A DNA stretch of 64,000 nucleotides from Myxococcota bacterium. GTDB taxonomy: Bacteria > Myxococcota_A > SURF-8. The notes beneath the pieces are model-generated. The model saw nothing but the letters and a program-made list of their open reading frames with translations, searched no databases and was not told the DNA's origin. The position numbers were made by a program, and so were the translations under genes. Positions 9,873 to 18,437 of this stretch are shown one piece after another (position 1 is the first letter of the stretch; every line of letters starts with the position of its first letter). The stretch lies in the NCBI GenBank assembly GCA_965140415.1, contig OZ223209.1:4928001-4992000 (forward strand). The letters are read 5' to 3'.

Positions 9873-10976
9873 TCAAAGATACTGCGATTTCTTCCCTTTA
9901 CTGGAAACGGGTCGTAAGCCCGCAATCATGTCTTTCAACTCATCCGGATCATGCGCCACCGTCATGGCATCTTCCAAGGTAATCAGGCGTTGCTGATACA
10001 GGCTGAACAGCGACTGCGACAGCGTCTGCATGCCGTGTTTACCTTGCCCCACCTGCATCTGACTGTAAATCTGATGCACCTTGTCATCGCGAATCAATGC
10101 CCGGATAGCTGCATTTGGAATCATTACTTCCAGAGCTAACACACGCCCGACCCCGCTGGCGCGTGGAATCAATGCCTGGGTCACGATGCCCGTCAGAACG
10201 AAACTCAACTGTGCGCGAACCTGGTCCTGCTGATGCGGCGGGAACATGTCGATGATGCGGTTGATGGTCTGCACTGCCGAATTGGTATGCAAGGTCGCAA
10301 AGACCAAGTGACCCGTTTCCGCAATCTGCAAGGTCGCTTCCACCGTCTCCAGATCGCGAATTTCGCCGATCAGAACGATATCGGGATCCTGGCGCAGAAT
10401 GTACTTGAGCGCCTTGGCAAACGAAGTTGTATCCGCTCCCACTTCACGCTGATTAACCAGCGAGTTTTTATGTGGATGCAAATACTCGATCGGATCTTCG
10501 ATGGTCAGAATATGGTTGTTTCGCTCGGTGTTGATCAGGTCCAGCAGGGAAGCCAATGTGGTGGTTTTTCCCGAACCGGTCGGTCCTGTAACCAGCACCA
10601 GACCACGCGACTTACGCGCAAGATCCGCCACGGTATTGGGTAGCCCCAGTTCCTGGAAACTCATGATTTTAAAAGGAATTGTTCTAAATGCGCCCGCCAC
10701 CGCGCCACGCTGCATAAACACATTGCCACGAAAACGGGAAAGCCCCTTAACGCCGAAAGAAAGATCCAACTCGTTTTCGGATTCAAACTTGGCTTTCTGG
10801 GATTCCGTTAGAATGGAATAGCACAGTTGTTTGGTCTCCGCCGGTGTCATCGGTGCGGTTTTCACCGGCACCAGGCGGCCATCGATACGCAACTGAGGCG
10901 GCGATCCGGTTGTAAGATGCAAATCACTTGCGCCTCGTTCGATCATGGTTTTCAATAACTGATGAAGGTTGACCAT
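9873..10976 (-). CDS. pilT: Twitching motility retraction ATPase PilT
   Basis: GASDLHL, Walker A GPTGSGKT, TIEDPIE, LRQDPD, AIRALIRD. Confidence 0.95.
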   Translation of the reverse strand: MVNLHQLLKTMIERGASDLHLTTGSPPQLRIDGRLVPVKTAPMTPAETKQLCYSILTESQKAKFESENELDLSFGVKGLSRFRGNVFMQRGAVAGAFRTIPFKIMSFQELGLPNTVADLARKSRGLVLVTGPTGSGKTTTLASLLDLINTERNNHILTIEDPIEYLHPHKNSLVNQREVGADTTSFAKALKYILRQDPDIVLIGEIRDLETVEATLQIAETGHLVFATLHTNSAVQTINRIIDMFPPHQQDQVRAQLSFVLTGIVTQALIPRASGVGRVLALEVMIPNAAIRALIRDDKVHQIYSQMQVGQGKHGMQTLSQSLFSLYQQRLITLEDAMTVAHDPDELKDMIAGLRPVSSKGKKSQYL

Positions 10977-11056
10977 TCGGTTTCTTCTTTCACTGCATAC
11001 CCGACGTTCGATCTGACAGACTACGCGCCAGTACAAACCCCGGATTCATACAAGGA

Positions 11057-12769
11057 TCAATCCGGAGACGTATTTCTCAGCACTTCCTCAAACGAAGTAA
11101 CCTGTTCGCCCAGTTTAATCAATCCCGATTGCCGCAGAGTCTGCATGCCAAGGCGAATCGCCTCACGTTTCAATTCGACGGCGGATGCGCCATTGAGCAC
11201 GAAATCCTTCAATTCATCTTTAAACGGCATAACTTCGTACACCGCCACACGTCCGCGATATCCGGTGTTCGAACAGTTTTTACAACCGCGTCCCTTAACC
11301 GGCTCCACTTCCTCGGCTCGCTGCGGGTCCATGCCGGCATCGATGAGTTTTGAGATTGCCAGTTCCGTCGGCTCTTTGCATTCGGAACACACACGACGAC
11401 AGAGACGCTGGGCCATAACGCAGACAACGGATGCCACGACCAGGAACGGCTCAACACCCATGTTCAACAGACGCGAAATCGTACTGGGCGCATCGTTGGT
11501 ATGCAGAGTGGATAACACGACGTGGCCGGTCAACGCGGCCTTGATCGCAATTTCCGCCGTTTCAAAGTCGCGAATCTCACCGACCATGATGATGTCCGGA
11601 TCCTGCCGCAGGAAGGAACGCAGGCTGCTTGCGAAGTTCAAACCGATATCTTCATGCATATGCACCTGGTTGATGCCGCGCAACTGGAATTCGACCGGAT
11701 CTTCGGCAGTACAGATATTAACGTCTGCCGTGTTCAACTCGGTCATGGCCGAATACAAGGTCGTCGTTTTACCGGAACCGGTCGGGCCGGTAACGAGAAT
11801 CATTCCCCAGGGACGATGGATCGAGTCTTTAAAATCCGCCAACGGAGCCGGATCGAAACCGAGCTTGGTCATGTCCAACTGGAGGTTTTCCTTGTCCAGC
11901 AGACGAAGCACGACTTTTTCGCCGAAGAGCGTAGGCAGGACCGAAACACGGAAATCCATTTCGCGGCCTTTACCCAACTTCAATTTCATACGACCGTCCT
12001 GGGGCAGACGGCGTTCGGCGATATCCAGGTCGCTCATGATCTTCAAACGCGACACAATGGCGTTACGAAGTTTCATGGGCGGTTTCATCACTTCATAGAG
12101 CACACCATCAATACGGTAGCGCACGCGGAAGAACTTTTCGTACATTTCCACGTGAATATCGGAAGCCGTCTTTTTGATGGCGTCGATCAGCATCAGGTTG
12201 ACGAGTTTGATAACCGGTGCTTCTTCAGCCTGGTTTTCCAAGTCGACGATATTGACCGAATCCTCTTCCTCGTCTCCCTCGCCACCGACTTCGATTTCAT
12301 CTTCGTCGAAACCGTCGAGGATATCTTCGTAATCCTCGGTCTCTTCCTGCGAATAATAGAACTCGATCGCCTCTTTGATCGCCGATTCGCTGGAAACGAC
12401 TACTTCAACGTTGTAACCGGTCAGGAACTTGATATCGTCTACGGCGAAGATATTGGACGGATCGGCCATGGCGACGATCAACGAACTTGCGGCGCGGCTG
12501 ACCGCGACCACTTGATGTTTTTCCGCCACTTCACGCGGGATCAAACGAATCACCGCCGGGTCGATTTCGAAATCACCGAGGTTAATAGAAGGAACACCAT
12601 ACTGCTGACTTAAAAAATCGGTCAGGTCGCTTTCGGCCAGATACCCCAACTTCGTCAAGTTGTATCCTAGCCGCCCACCCTCCTGGGACTGCAAATCCTG
12701 CGCCTTTTTCAATTGGGCCAGAGTAATTACATTTTCGCGGACCAAAAGCTGGCCAAGTCGGTTACCCAT
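11057..12769 (-). CDS. pilB: Type IVa pilus assembly ATPase PilB
   Basis: RLGQLL N-terminus, ASDIH, ERRLPQDG, GPTGSGKT, two CxxC zinc motifs. Confidence 0.95.
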   Translation of the reverse strand: MGNRLGQLLVRENVITLAQLKKAQDLQSQEGGRLGYNLTKLGYLAESDLTDFLSQQYGVPSINLGDFEIDPAVIRLIPREVAEKHQVVAVSRAASSLIVAMADPSNIFAVDDIKFLTGYNVEVVVSSESAIKEAIEFYYSQEETEDYEDILDGFDEDEIEVGGEGDEEEDSVNIVDLENQAEEAPVIKLVNLMLIDAIKKTASDIHVEMYEKFFRVRYRIDGVLYEVMKPPMKLRNAIVSRLKIMSDLDIAERRLPQDGRMKLKLGKGREMDFRVSVLPTLFGEKVVLRLLDKENLQLDMTKLGFDPAPLADFKDSIHRPWGMILVTGPTGSGKTTTLYSAMTELNTADVNICTAEDPVEFQLRGINQVHMHEDIGLNFASSLRSFLRQDPDIIMVGEIRDFETAEIAIKAALTGHVVLSTLHTNDAPSTISRLLNMGVEPFLVVASVVCVMAQRLCRRVCSECKEPTELAISKLIDAGMDPQRAEEVEPVKGRGCKNCSNTGYRGRVAVYEVMPFKDELKDFVLNGASAVELKREAIRLGMQTLRQSGLIKLGEQVTSFEEVLRNTSPD

Positions 12770-13052
12770 CGTCGCCACCTTCCAAAACAAACGGGTGCAT
12801 AGGCAAAACGTAACTTTTTACTGTGAGTCGTCCGTGTTACATCAGAACGCGTTTTTGCCACGTGACTTTACACGGTCCTCGGATTGTACCAGAACCCCGC
12901 TTGCGAAGCAAGAAAACAGAAACAACTTAAAACACTTCCAAATCCCCCCCTCTTTTTAAGGATAGAAGCCATCTCACCTTCGTGTCGTTAGAAGCGGCAT
13001 TCTCGCTTCGAAAAAAAAGCGCAGATTTTCGTAAAAACTCTTAAATAAAAAC

Positions 13053-13081
13053 TTGACAACATATGCCGGTCTCCCTAGTAT
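13053..13081 (+). promoter_or_regulatory. Sigma-70 promoter of rplU-rpmA
   Basis: TTGACA-N17-TAGTAT with an AT-rich upstream stretch. Confidence 0.7.
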
Positions 13082-13123
13082 GAACCGCCTTTGAAGCGAA
13101 GACTTTGATAAGAGGTGAATGTC

Positions 13124-13435
13124 ATGTATGCGGTAATCAAAACCGGTGGTAAGCAATACAAAGTTGCGTCGGGCGACAAGCTCAAAATCGAAAAACTCTC
13201 CGGCGAAGCGGGCGATGAAGTCACGTTCGACGAAGTGTTGATGGTCAAAAACGAAGACAGCGTGTCCGTAGGACGCCCTTTGGTGGAAAACGCAAGTGTT
13301 TCCGCTAAGATCTTGCGTCAGGACAAGCATTCCAAGATCATCGTTTTCCACAAGAAACGGCGTAAGACGTTCTCGAAGAAGACTGGCCATCGTCAGCCCT
13401 TCACCGAGATCGAAATCACCGGGATCAACGCCTAA
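13124..13435 (+). CDS. rplU: 50S ribosomal protein L21
   Basis: MYAVIKTGGKQYKV…GHRQPFT. Confidence 0.98.
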   Translation: MYAVIKTGGKQYKVASGDKLKIEKLSGEAGDEVTFDEVLMVKNEDSVSVGRPLVENASVSAKILRQDKHSKIIVFHKKRRKTFSKKTGHRQPFTEIEITGINA

Positions 13436-13450
13436 GAAAGGAGTGACGTT

Positions 13451-13723
13451 ATGGCTCACAAGAAATCGGGCGGTAGCGCCAAGAACGGTCGCGATAGCGC
13501 GGGACAACGCAGAGGCATCAAGCGTTACGACGGACAGTTCGTCTCCGGTGGCAGCATTTTAGTGCGTCAGCTGGGCACCAAGATCCATCCCGGAACCAAT
13601 GTCGGCCTTGGCAAAGATTACACTCTGTATGCCAAAATCGACGGCTATGTGAAATACGAAAACTTCGGTAAAGGCAAAAAACGGGTAGCCATCTATCCGG
13701 AAATGCCGGTCGTCAACAGCTAG
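13451..13723 (+). CDS. rpmA: 50S ribosomal protein L27
   Basis: [16 protein letters not shown]…GSILVRQ…HPGTNVG. Confidence 0.98.
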   Translation: MAHKKSGGSAKNGRDSAGQRRGIKRYDGQFVSGGSILVRQLGTKIHPGTNVGLGKDYTLYAKIDGYVKYENFGKGKKRVAIYPEMPVVNS

Positions 13724-13744
13724 ACCTTCACCGATCGAGTTCTC

Positions 13745-13775
13745 AAGGCGAGCCACTGCGGCTCGCCTTTTTTTT
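13745..13775 (+). terminator. Intrinsic terminator after rpmA
   Basis: AAGGCGAGCC-ACTGC-GGCTCGCCTT followed by a T run. Confidence 0.85.
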
Positions 13776-13973
13776 ATAACTATCTCCTTAATCTAACTTA
13801 GAATTTAGTATTGCTCAAGCAATGGATCAGGATTGTATCCTGATCCGAAACGTTACGAGCGGGATTGCAATCCCGCTCGATGCTGAGCTTGATATAATGC
13901 GTTTTAGCCCCAAACAACAAACGGCGGGTCAAATGACCCGCCGCAGAGAACACAACCGTTTGTTTTTAATAGA

Positions 13974-15647
13974 TTATCTACCAAAGATGCGTCGGCGCAA
14001 CCCCAACACAGCCAAGGCCAGCAACAGCATCATCGCAACAGGATAGGATGTGCTCTGGCAGCCGCTGCCGCCATCTTCACCACTGCCGTCGCCATCGGTG
14101 TCACTAGTCGCGAAACAGACATTACCGGACAATTCCGTACCGTTCGGGCAGGCTTCGCACAACCCAGCCGAGGTACAACGATGATTGATCGGACATTCGG
14201 CGGGCGAGGTGCAACCGGTGCGTCCATTGCCACCATCGTCTACGTCGCCATCGGTGGTCACGGTATCGCCATCCTCCGGCTCGGAATCATCCTTGCAAAC
14301 GCCGTTGACGCAGTATTTTTTACTGGAAGAGCAATCTTCCCCAAACATCCACGAACCACCATCACAACGCTCCACAACATCTTCATTCTCAGGGCTGCAA
14401 CGCGCTTGTCCCGCCTGGCAATCCGTGGGGTTTGACTGATCGACACAAACTCCTTCTTCGCAAAGGAAATCGCCCGTACAAGCTTCCTTGAACAGCCAGT
14501 CGCCGTTCTGATCGCATTCCTCGACGGTATAGATCGTCCGGCAGCGCAATTCGCCGGTGGCGCAATTGGGATCACCGCTATCGCCATCCGTCGGACCGCC
14601 GCCATCCAGGCTGCAATCCATGGTAGCCAAACCATCGGTTTGATTGACGAACCACTGCTCGAAGGCCGTGCGCAGGCTTTCCAGTTTGGATAGATCGCCC
14701 GCATTGGCGGAAGAGCCTTCCGGCGTCACGAGAATAAACGCGCAGCGGAAATCGGTCTGGGCGCTGTTCATGTCCACGGTACCATTGGCGGCGGTGACGT
14801 CTGACATGGTGAAATCCACCTGGGTTCCGGTGAAATAGCTGCCACCCGGATCGGGCGGATCCGTTTTATTATGTTTGCTGGCACCCGTAATGTAATACAG
14901 TTCGTCCACGTCTTCCGGTGGAACCAGGCCCATCAGATACAGATCCAACGGACTCAAAATGCGGTTATTGGTTAGAGCGGAAAACTCTCCCGGTCCTAAG
15001 TGCGTATCGAACATATTCCCGCCAAGCACCGAACCCTGGGTTTGCAGAAAATAGCTCCAGTATCCATTGCCACCCAGCATCGCCGACGAATCACCGGTAT
15101 TGAGGGTGAGATAGGCTCCCCAGTAGCGCATCATGGCGCGTCCCAGCATCTCCACCTGCGAGTGCGCCGCGATTTCCTTGTCCACACCGAAATTGTAAAC
15201 CACATAAGCGGAGTACGGATCGCTGGTGTAATTGCTGGTCGCGTACATATCGCCGATAACTTTCAACCGGCTGTTGGCGGTAACACCGAAGGTCGTCGGA
15301 TCGTAGGAAGGATTCGGCGCATTGGTTCCGCTGGGCGCACGCGAGATCGGATACGCATCCGGCAGATAGCCGGAATCCATCAGGGAACTGGCGGTCTGCA
15401 TGAATACGAACAGGAAATCGAAGTCATCTTCGTATCCCAACTGGTTGTAGAAAACGGAGGCGGCAATCTGCATGTTGCCCACACCGATTTTGGCGTTTGG
15501 AATAATGTAATGGCCAACATCATTGACCACGGCAATGTTCCCTGCGGCAATCGCGGATGAAGGTCCACTGATCATCATACAAGCGGCAGCCATAGTCAGT
15601 AAAATCCACCGACCGATCCCTAATCGCTTTAACATAAGCTGTTGCAT
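13974..15647 (-). CDS. Surface protein: degenerate metallopeptidase-like domain, Cys-rich repeats, MYXO-CTERM-like tail
   Basis: Signal peptide; DDFDFLFVF, WSYFL…SVLGGN, SPLDLYLMGL; two to three Cys-rich modules; C-terminal GGSGCQST-hydrophobic-RRR. Confidence 0.8.
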   Translation of the reverse strand: MQQLMLKRLGIGRWILLTMAAACMMISGPSSAIAAGNIAVVNDVGHYIIPNAKIGVGNMQIAASVFYNQLGYEDDFDFLFVFMQTASSLMDSGYLPDAYPISRAPSGTNAPNPSYDPTTFGVTANSRLKVIGDMYATSNYTSDPYSAYVVYNFGVDKEIAAHSQVEMLGRAMMRYWGAYLTLNTGDSSAMLGGNGYWSYFLQTQGSVLGGNMFDTHLGPGEFSALTNNRILSPLDLYLMGLVPPEDVDELYYITGASKHNKTDPPDPGGSYFTGTQVDFTMSDVTAANGTVDMNSAQTDFRCAFILVTPEGSSANAGDLSKLESLRTAFEQWFVNQTDGLATMDCSLDGGGPTDGDSGDPNCATGELRCRTIYTVEECDQNGDWLFKEACTGDFLCEEGVCVDQSNPTDCQAGQARCSPENEDVVERCDGGSWMFGEDCSSSKKYCVNGVCKDDSEPEDGDTVTTDGDVDDGGNGRTGCTSPAECPINHRCTSAGLCEACPNGTELSGNVCFATSDTDGDGSGEDGGSGCQSTSYPVAMMLLLALAVLGLRRRIFGR

Positions 15648-15940
15648 TGTTTCCGTACTCCTGGATTTGCTCCATTACCGGTAAATGGTAAGCCGTGACG
15701 AGTCGAGCATAGTCAAACACCTAACGTAGCCTGATATCATACGATTAATGGCTCGTCAAATCAATCTTTCCAGTCTGTTTACCACATTTTTTGGCAACTT
15801 TTTCTTTTGCGAAAATAGAAGAATGAATGGGAACTTAAAATCGCACGATTCGATCACATTCCTTTTCTGCCAACCCTACTGAAAATGTGATATAATTCCC
15901 AAAAGGTAGGAACGAATCCAACTCGGGAGGAAGTGAACCG

Positions 15941-16672
15941 ATGCGAAACGGTAGCCTTTTGATCGTCTTATTGGTTGTGTTCTGGATGTCCGCTTGTAGC
16001 AGTTCGTCAGAATCAGCGTCTGTCAATCTCAATGAACAACAAGCGGATGGCGACACGCAACCGGCCATCCCGGAACCGATTCCGACTCCCGAGCCACCAC
16101 CACTGCTGCCTCCGTTGGAAGAAGGAGAAAGTCTGGACAGCCTGATGCAGCGCCAACAACAAGCCAAGCGCCAAGCGCCTCCACAGCCGCCGGAAAGCCG
16201 TGAAACCACCTATTTGTATTGCTGGAAGGATGAAAAGCAAACGGAACACTGTGTAAGTGAAGAAAGCGATATTCCAAAACAATACCTGGAAAACACCCGC
16301 AGAATCCGACGTGGTCCGTCTACGCATCGAGGTCCAAATGACCGACCTGTCACTCCGGAAGAAATAATGAAGGAGGATATCGGGCAACAGATCGAAACCC
16401 AACGCGAACAATATCGGCAACGTTACAAGGCATTGGTCGTTCGTTTGGAACAAGCCAGAAGCAAATATCAGCTCATGAAAGACAATCCACCTGCCTGCGC
16501 AGCAGTGATAGATCCGCGTCTCGCCGGAGAAAACTACGATCCCAATTGCGAGCAAAATTACAAGAAAGGCTTGCAACAAGCCAAAGCGCAAGTCGAGCAG
16601 GCAGAGAAAAACATCGAAGACCTGCGCGACGAAGCCCGCAGAAACAGTATCCCACCGGGGTATTTGCGCTAG
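15941..16672 (+). CDS. Lipoprotein with Pro-rich linker, DUF4124-like motif and coiled coil
   Basis: Lipobox MSAC; YCWKDEKQTEHC…DIPKQY; C-terminal EARRNSIPPGYLR. Confidence 0.7.
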   Translation: MRNGSLLIVLLVVFWMSACSSSSESASVNLNEQQADGDTQPAIPEPIPTPEPPPLLPPLEEGESLDSLMQRQQQAKRQAPPQPPESRETTYLYCWKDEKQTEHCVSEESDIPKQYLENTRRIRRGPSTHRGPNDRPVTPEEIMKEDIGQQIETQREQYRQRYKALVVRLEQARSKYQLMKDNPPACAAVIDPRLAGENYDPNCEQNYKKGLQQAKAQVEQAEKNIEDLRDEARRNSIPPGYLR

Positions 16673-16812
16673 AGAAGCCACTCTATCCATTAGAACCGAA
16701 ATGCATTCTTTTCTTTGCTTGTAGACAACCTCCGCCCTTTTTGTTATTGTTACACTACACAATATATTGCACAACATCGTAGCGATAACCTTTGATTGAT
16801 GGAGGGCGTCCC

Positions 16813-18075
16813 ATGACCCGAAGGATGGCGTATTGGTTGTTTCCGTGTGCATTCTTGCTGCTGATCTGCATGCTGTTGGTGTCATGCGGTTCCGATGACA
16901 ATCCACAAAATAGCGATGGCGATAGCGACGACATCGACGGCGATAGCGACGCAGTACAGTCGGAACCGACCTTGGCCGAAGAATTGGGGCTTACCGACTA
17001 TGTCGGACAAATCACTCCCATCGAGCATGCCCGCGAAGCGGAGGAAACCACCTACCGTTTCGACCCGGAGCAGGGACCGATCTGCATGCGTGGCGCAGAG
17101 TATAAAGTCGGCGTACGCGATCTCGGCTCGGACGATCTATTCATCTTCCTGCAAGGTGGCGGTGCCTGTTGGTCCGCATTCTGCCTGGCCGTCACCGGCG
17201 CGCCCGACGGCGTCCCACGAGTGGACGTACTCGACCCGGAAATGACTACCAATCCGGTAGCGGACTGGAATGTGGTTTACCTTCCCTATTGCGACGGCTC
17301 CTTCTTCGTCGGCGAGGCCGAACACGATGACAATATCAACGGCTTGGGCAAACGCATCCACAAAGGCTTGGCCAATCTGACCGCCGGGCTGGAAGTCGCC
17401 AAACTGCGTTTCCCCGACCCGGCACGCATTCTATTAGCGGGCAGTTCCGGCGGGGCCTACGGTTTGTTACTGGCAGGACCACTGGTGCGGCATTATTACC
17501 CGGATGTCGAGTTGATCATGATGGCGGATTCGGGCATCGGCCTTGCACGCGACGGCGAACCGGAATACTTGAACATCGCCCTGGAAGAATTCAATGTACA
17601 GCGGCTCTTCCCCGAAGACTGTGATACCTGCGTTGCGGACGGGCACATCACCGGTATGCTGGGCTATTTCCTGGAACACGATTCCCAGGTGCGAGTGGGG
17701 ATGTTCTCCTCCTGGTACGATTCCGTGCTGGCGACCATCTTTCTACAGGTTCCCGGCGAGCAGTTCGCCAAAGGATTGAAAGAACAGACCGACCGCATTC
17801 ACGAATTGTACCCGGATCGTTTCCACCGCTTCATCATCGATGGCAAACAGCATACGGCCCTTTTAGGAGATCCCAACGGCATCATCGGCTCGGACCTGAT
17901 GGCGGTGGAGTTGCCCGAAGGTGGACTGCAAAACCTGATGGACAACGTCCAAATCGGCGGTATGGACGACACCCAGATCGAGGGACAGTCCATATCCGAC
18001 TGGCTGGGCGGCTTGATCGACAACGATTCAGACGTTTGGAAGGATCAACAGGAAGAACGCGGAGAATTTTTCTGA
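16813..18075 (+). CDS. Pectinacetylesterase/Notum-family lipoprotein hydrolase
   Basis: Lipobox LVSC; FLQGGGACW, WNVVYLPYCDGS, nucleophile LAGSSGG, ADSG. Confidence 0.85.
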   Translation: MTRRMAYWLFPCAFLLLICMLLVSCGSDDNPQNSDGDSDDIDGDSDAVQSEPTLAEELGLTDYVGQITPIEHAREAEETTYRFDPEQGPICMRGAEYKVGVRDLGSDDLFIFLQGGGACWSAFCLAVTGAPDGVPRVDVLDPEMTTNPVADWNVVYLPYCDGSFFVGEAEHDDNINGLGKRIHKGLANLTAGLEVAKLRFPDPARILLAGSSGGAYGLLLAGPLVRHYYPDVELIMMADSGIGLARDGEPEYLNIALEEFNVQRLFPEDCDTCVADGHITGMLGYFLEHDSQVRVGMFSSWYDSVLATIFLQVPGEQFAKGLKEQTDRIHELYPDRFHRFIIDGKQHTALLGDPNGIIGSDLMAVELPEGGLQNLMDNVQIGGMDDTQIEGQSISDWLGGLIDNDSDVWKDQQEERGEFF

Positions 18076-18102
18076 GCCATTGCCTAGAATGTAAGCTTCG
18101 GT

Positions 18103-18230
18103 GGGTGGCACGGGCTAAGCCGTAGGCTTGCCCGTGAGCTGTATGGGCAGGCATGATGTGCCATGACGGGTGGCACGGACTAAGCCGTAGGCTTGCCCGT
18201 GAGTTGTATGGGCAGGCATGATGTGCCATG
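18103..18230 (+). repeat. Two tandem ~65-bp units each carrying a REP-like hairpin (family A)
   Basis: GGGTGGCACGGRCTAAGCCGTAGGCTTGCCCGTGAGYTGTATGGGCAGGCATGATGTGCCATG at 18103 and 18168. Confidence 0.9.
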
Positions 18231-18354
18231 GTCTCACGGAATGGAAATTCCGGGAGGCCGTGTGTAACTTGTTGATAATAAACAGCCTTCTACGATCTTC
18301 GATCGCGTAAGACTATGCACAAAATCTTCAAGTTAGTGGCTGAAAATGATTAAG
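18217..18354 (+). repeat. ~140-bp intergenic element, family B, copy 1
   Basis: Matches the reverse complement of 25886-26024, with a 51-nt identical core at 18220-18270. Confidence 0.9.
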
Positions 18355-18385
18355 GACCCGTATAACTCCCCAGAAAAACCCCACT

Positions 18386-18412
18386 AAAAAACGGCGGGCT
18401 TGCGCTCCGCCG
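18386..18412 (-). terminator. Putative terminator after the ArnT-like gene
   Basis: CGGCGG…CCGCCG stem followed by T6 on the minus strand. Confidence 0.6.
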
Positions 18413-18437
18413 CTATGAAAGACATCGCCGTGAATGC

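Noticed and set aside
13435-13775. Absence of prp between rplU and rpmA, and of obgE downstream
   Set aside because: L27 has no N-terminal extension, so Prp is not needed; obgE linkage is variable. Not informative.
18103-18230. Tandem palindromic repeats as a possible CRISPR array
   Set aside because: Only two units, the intervening sequences are near-identical rather than unique spacers, copies are dispersed elsewhere, and no cas genes are present.
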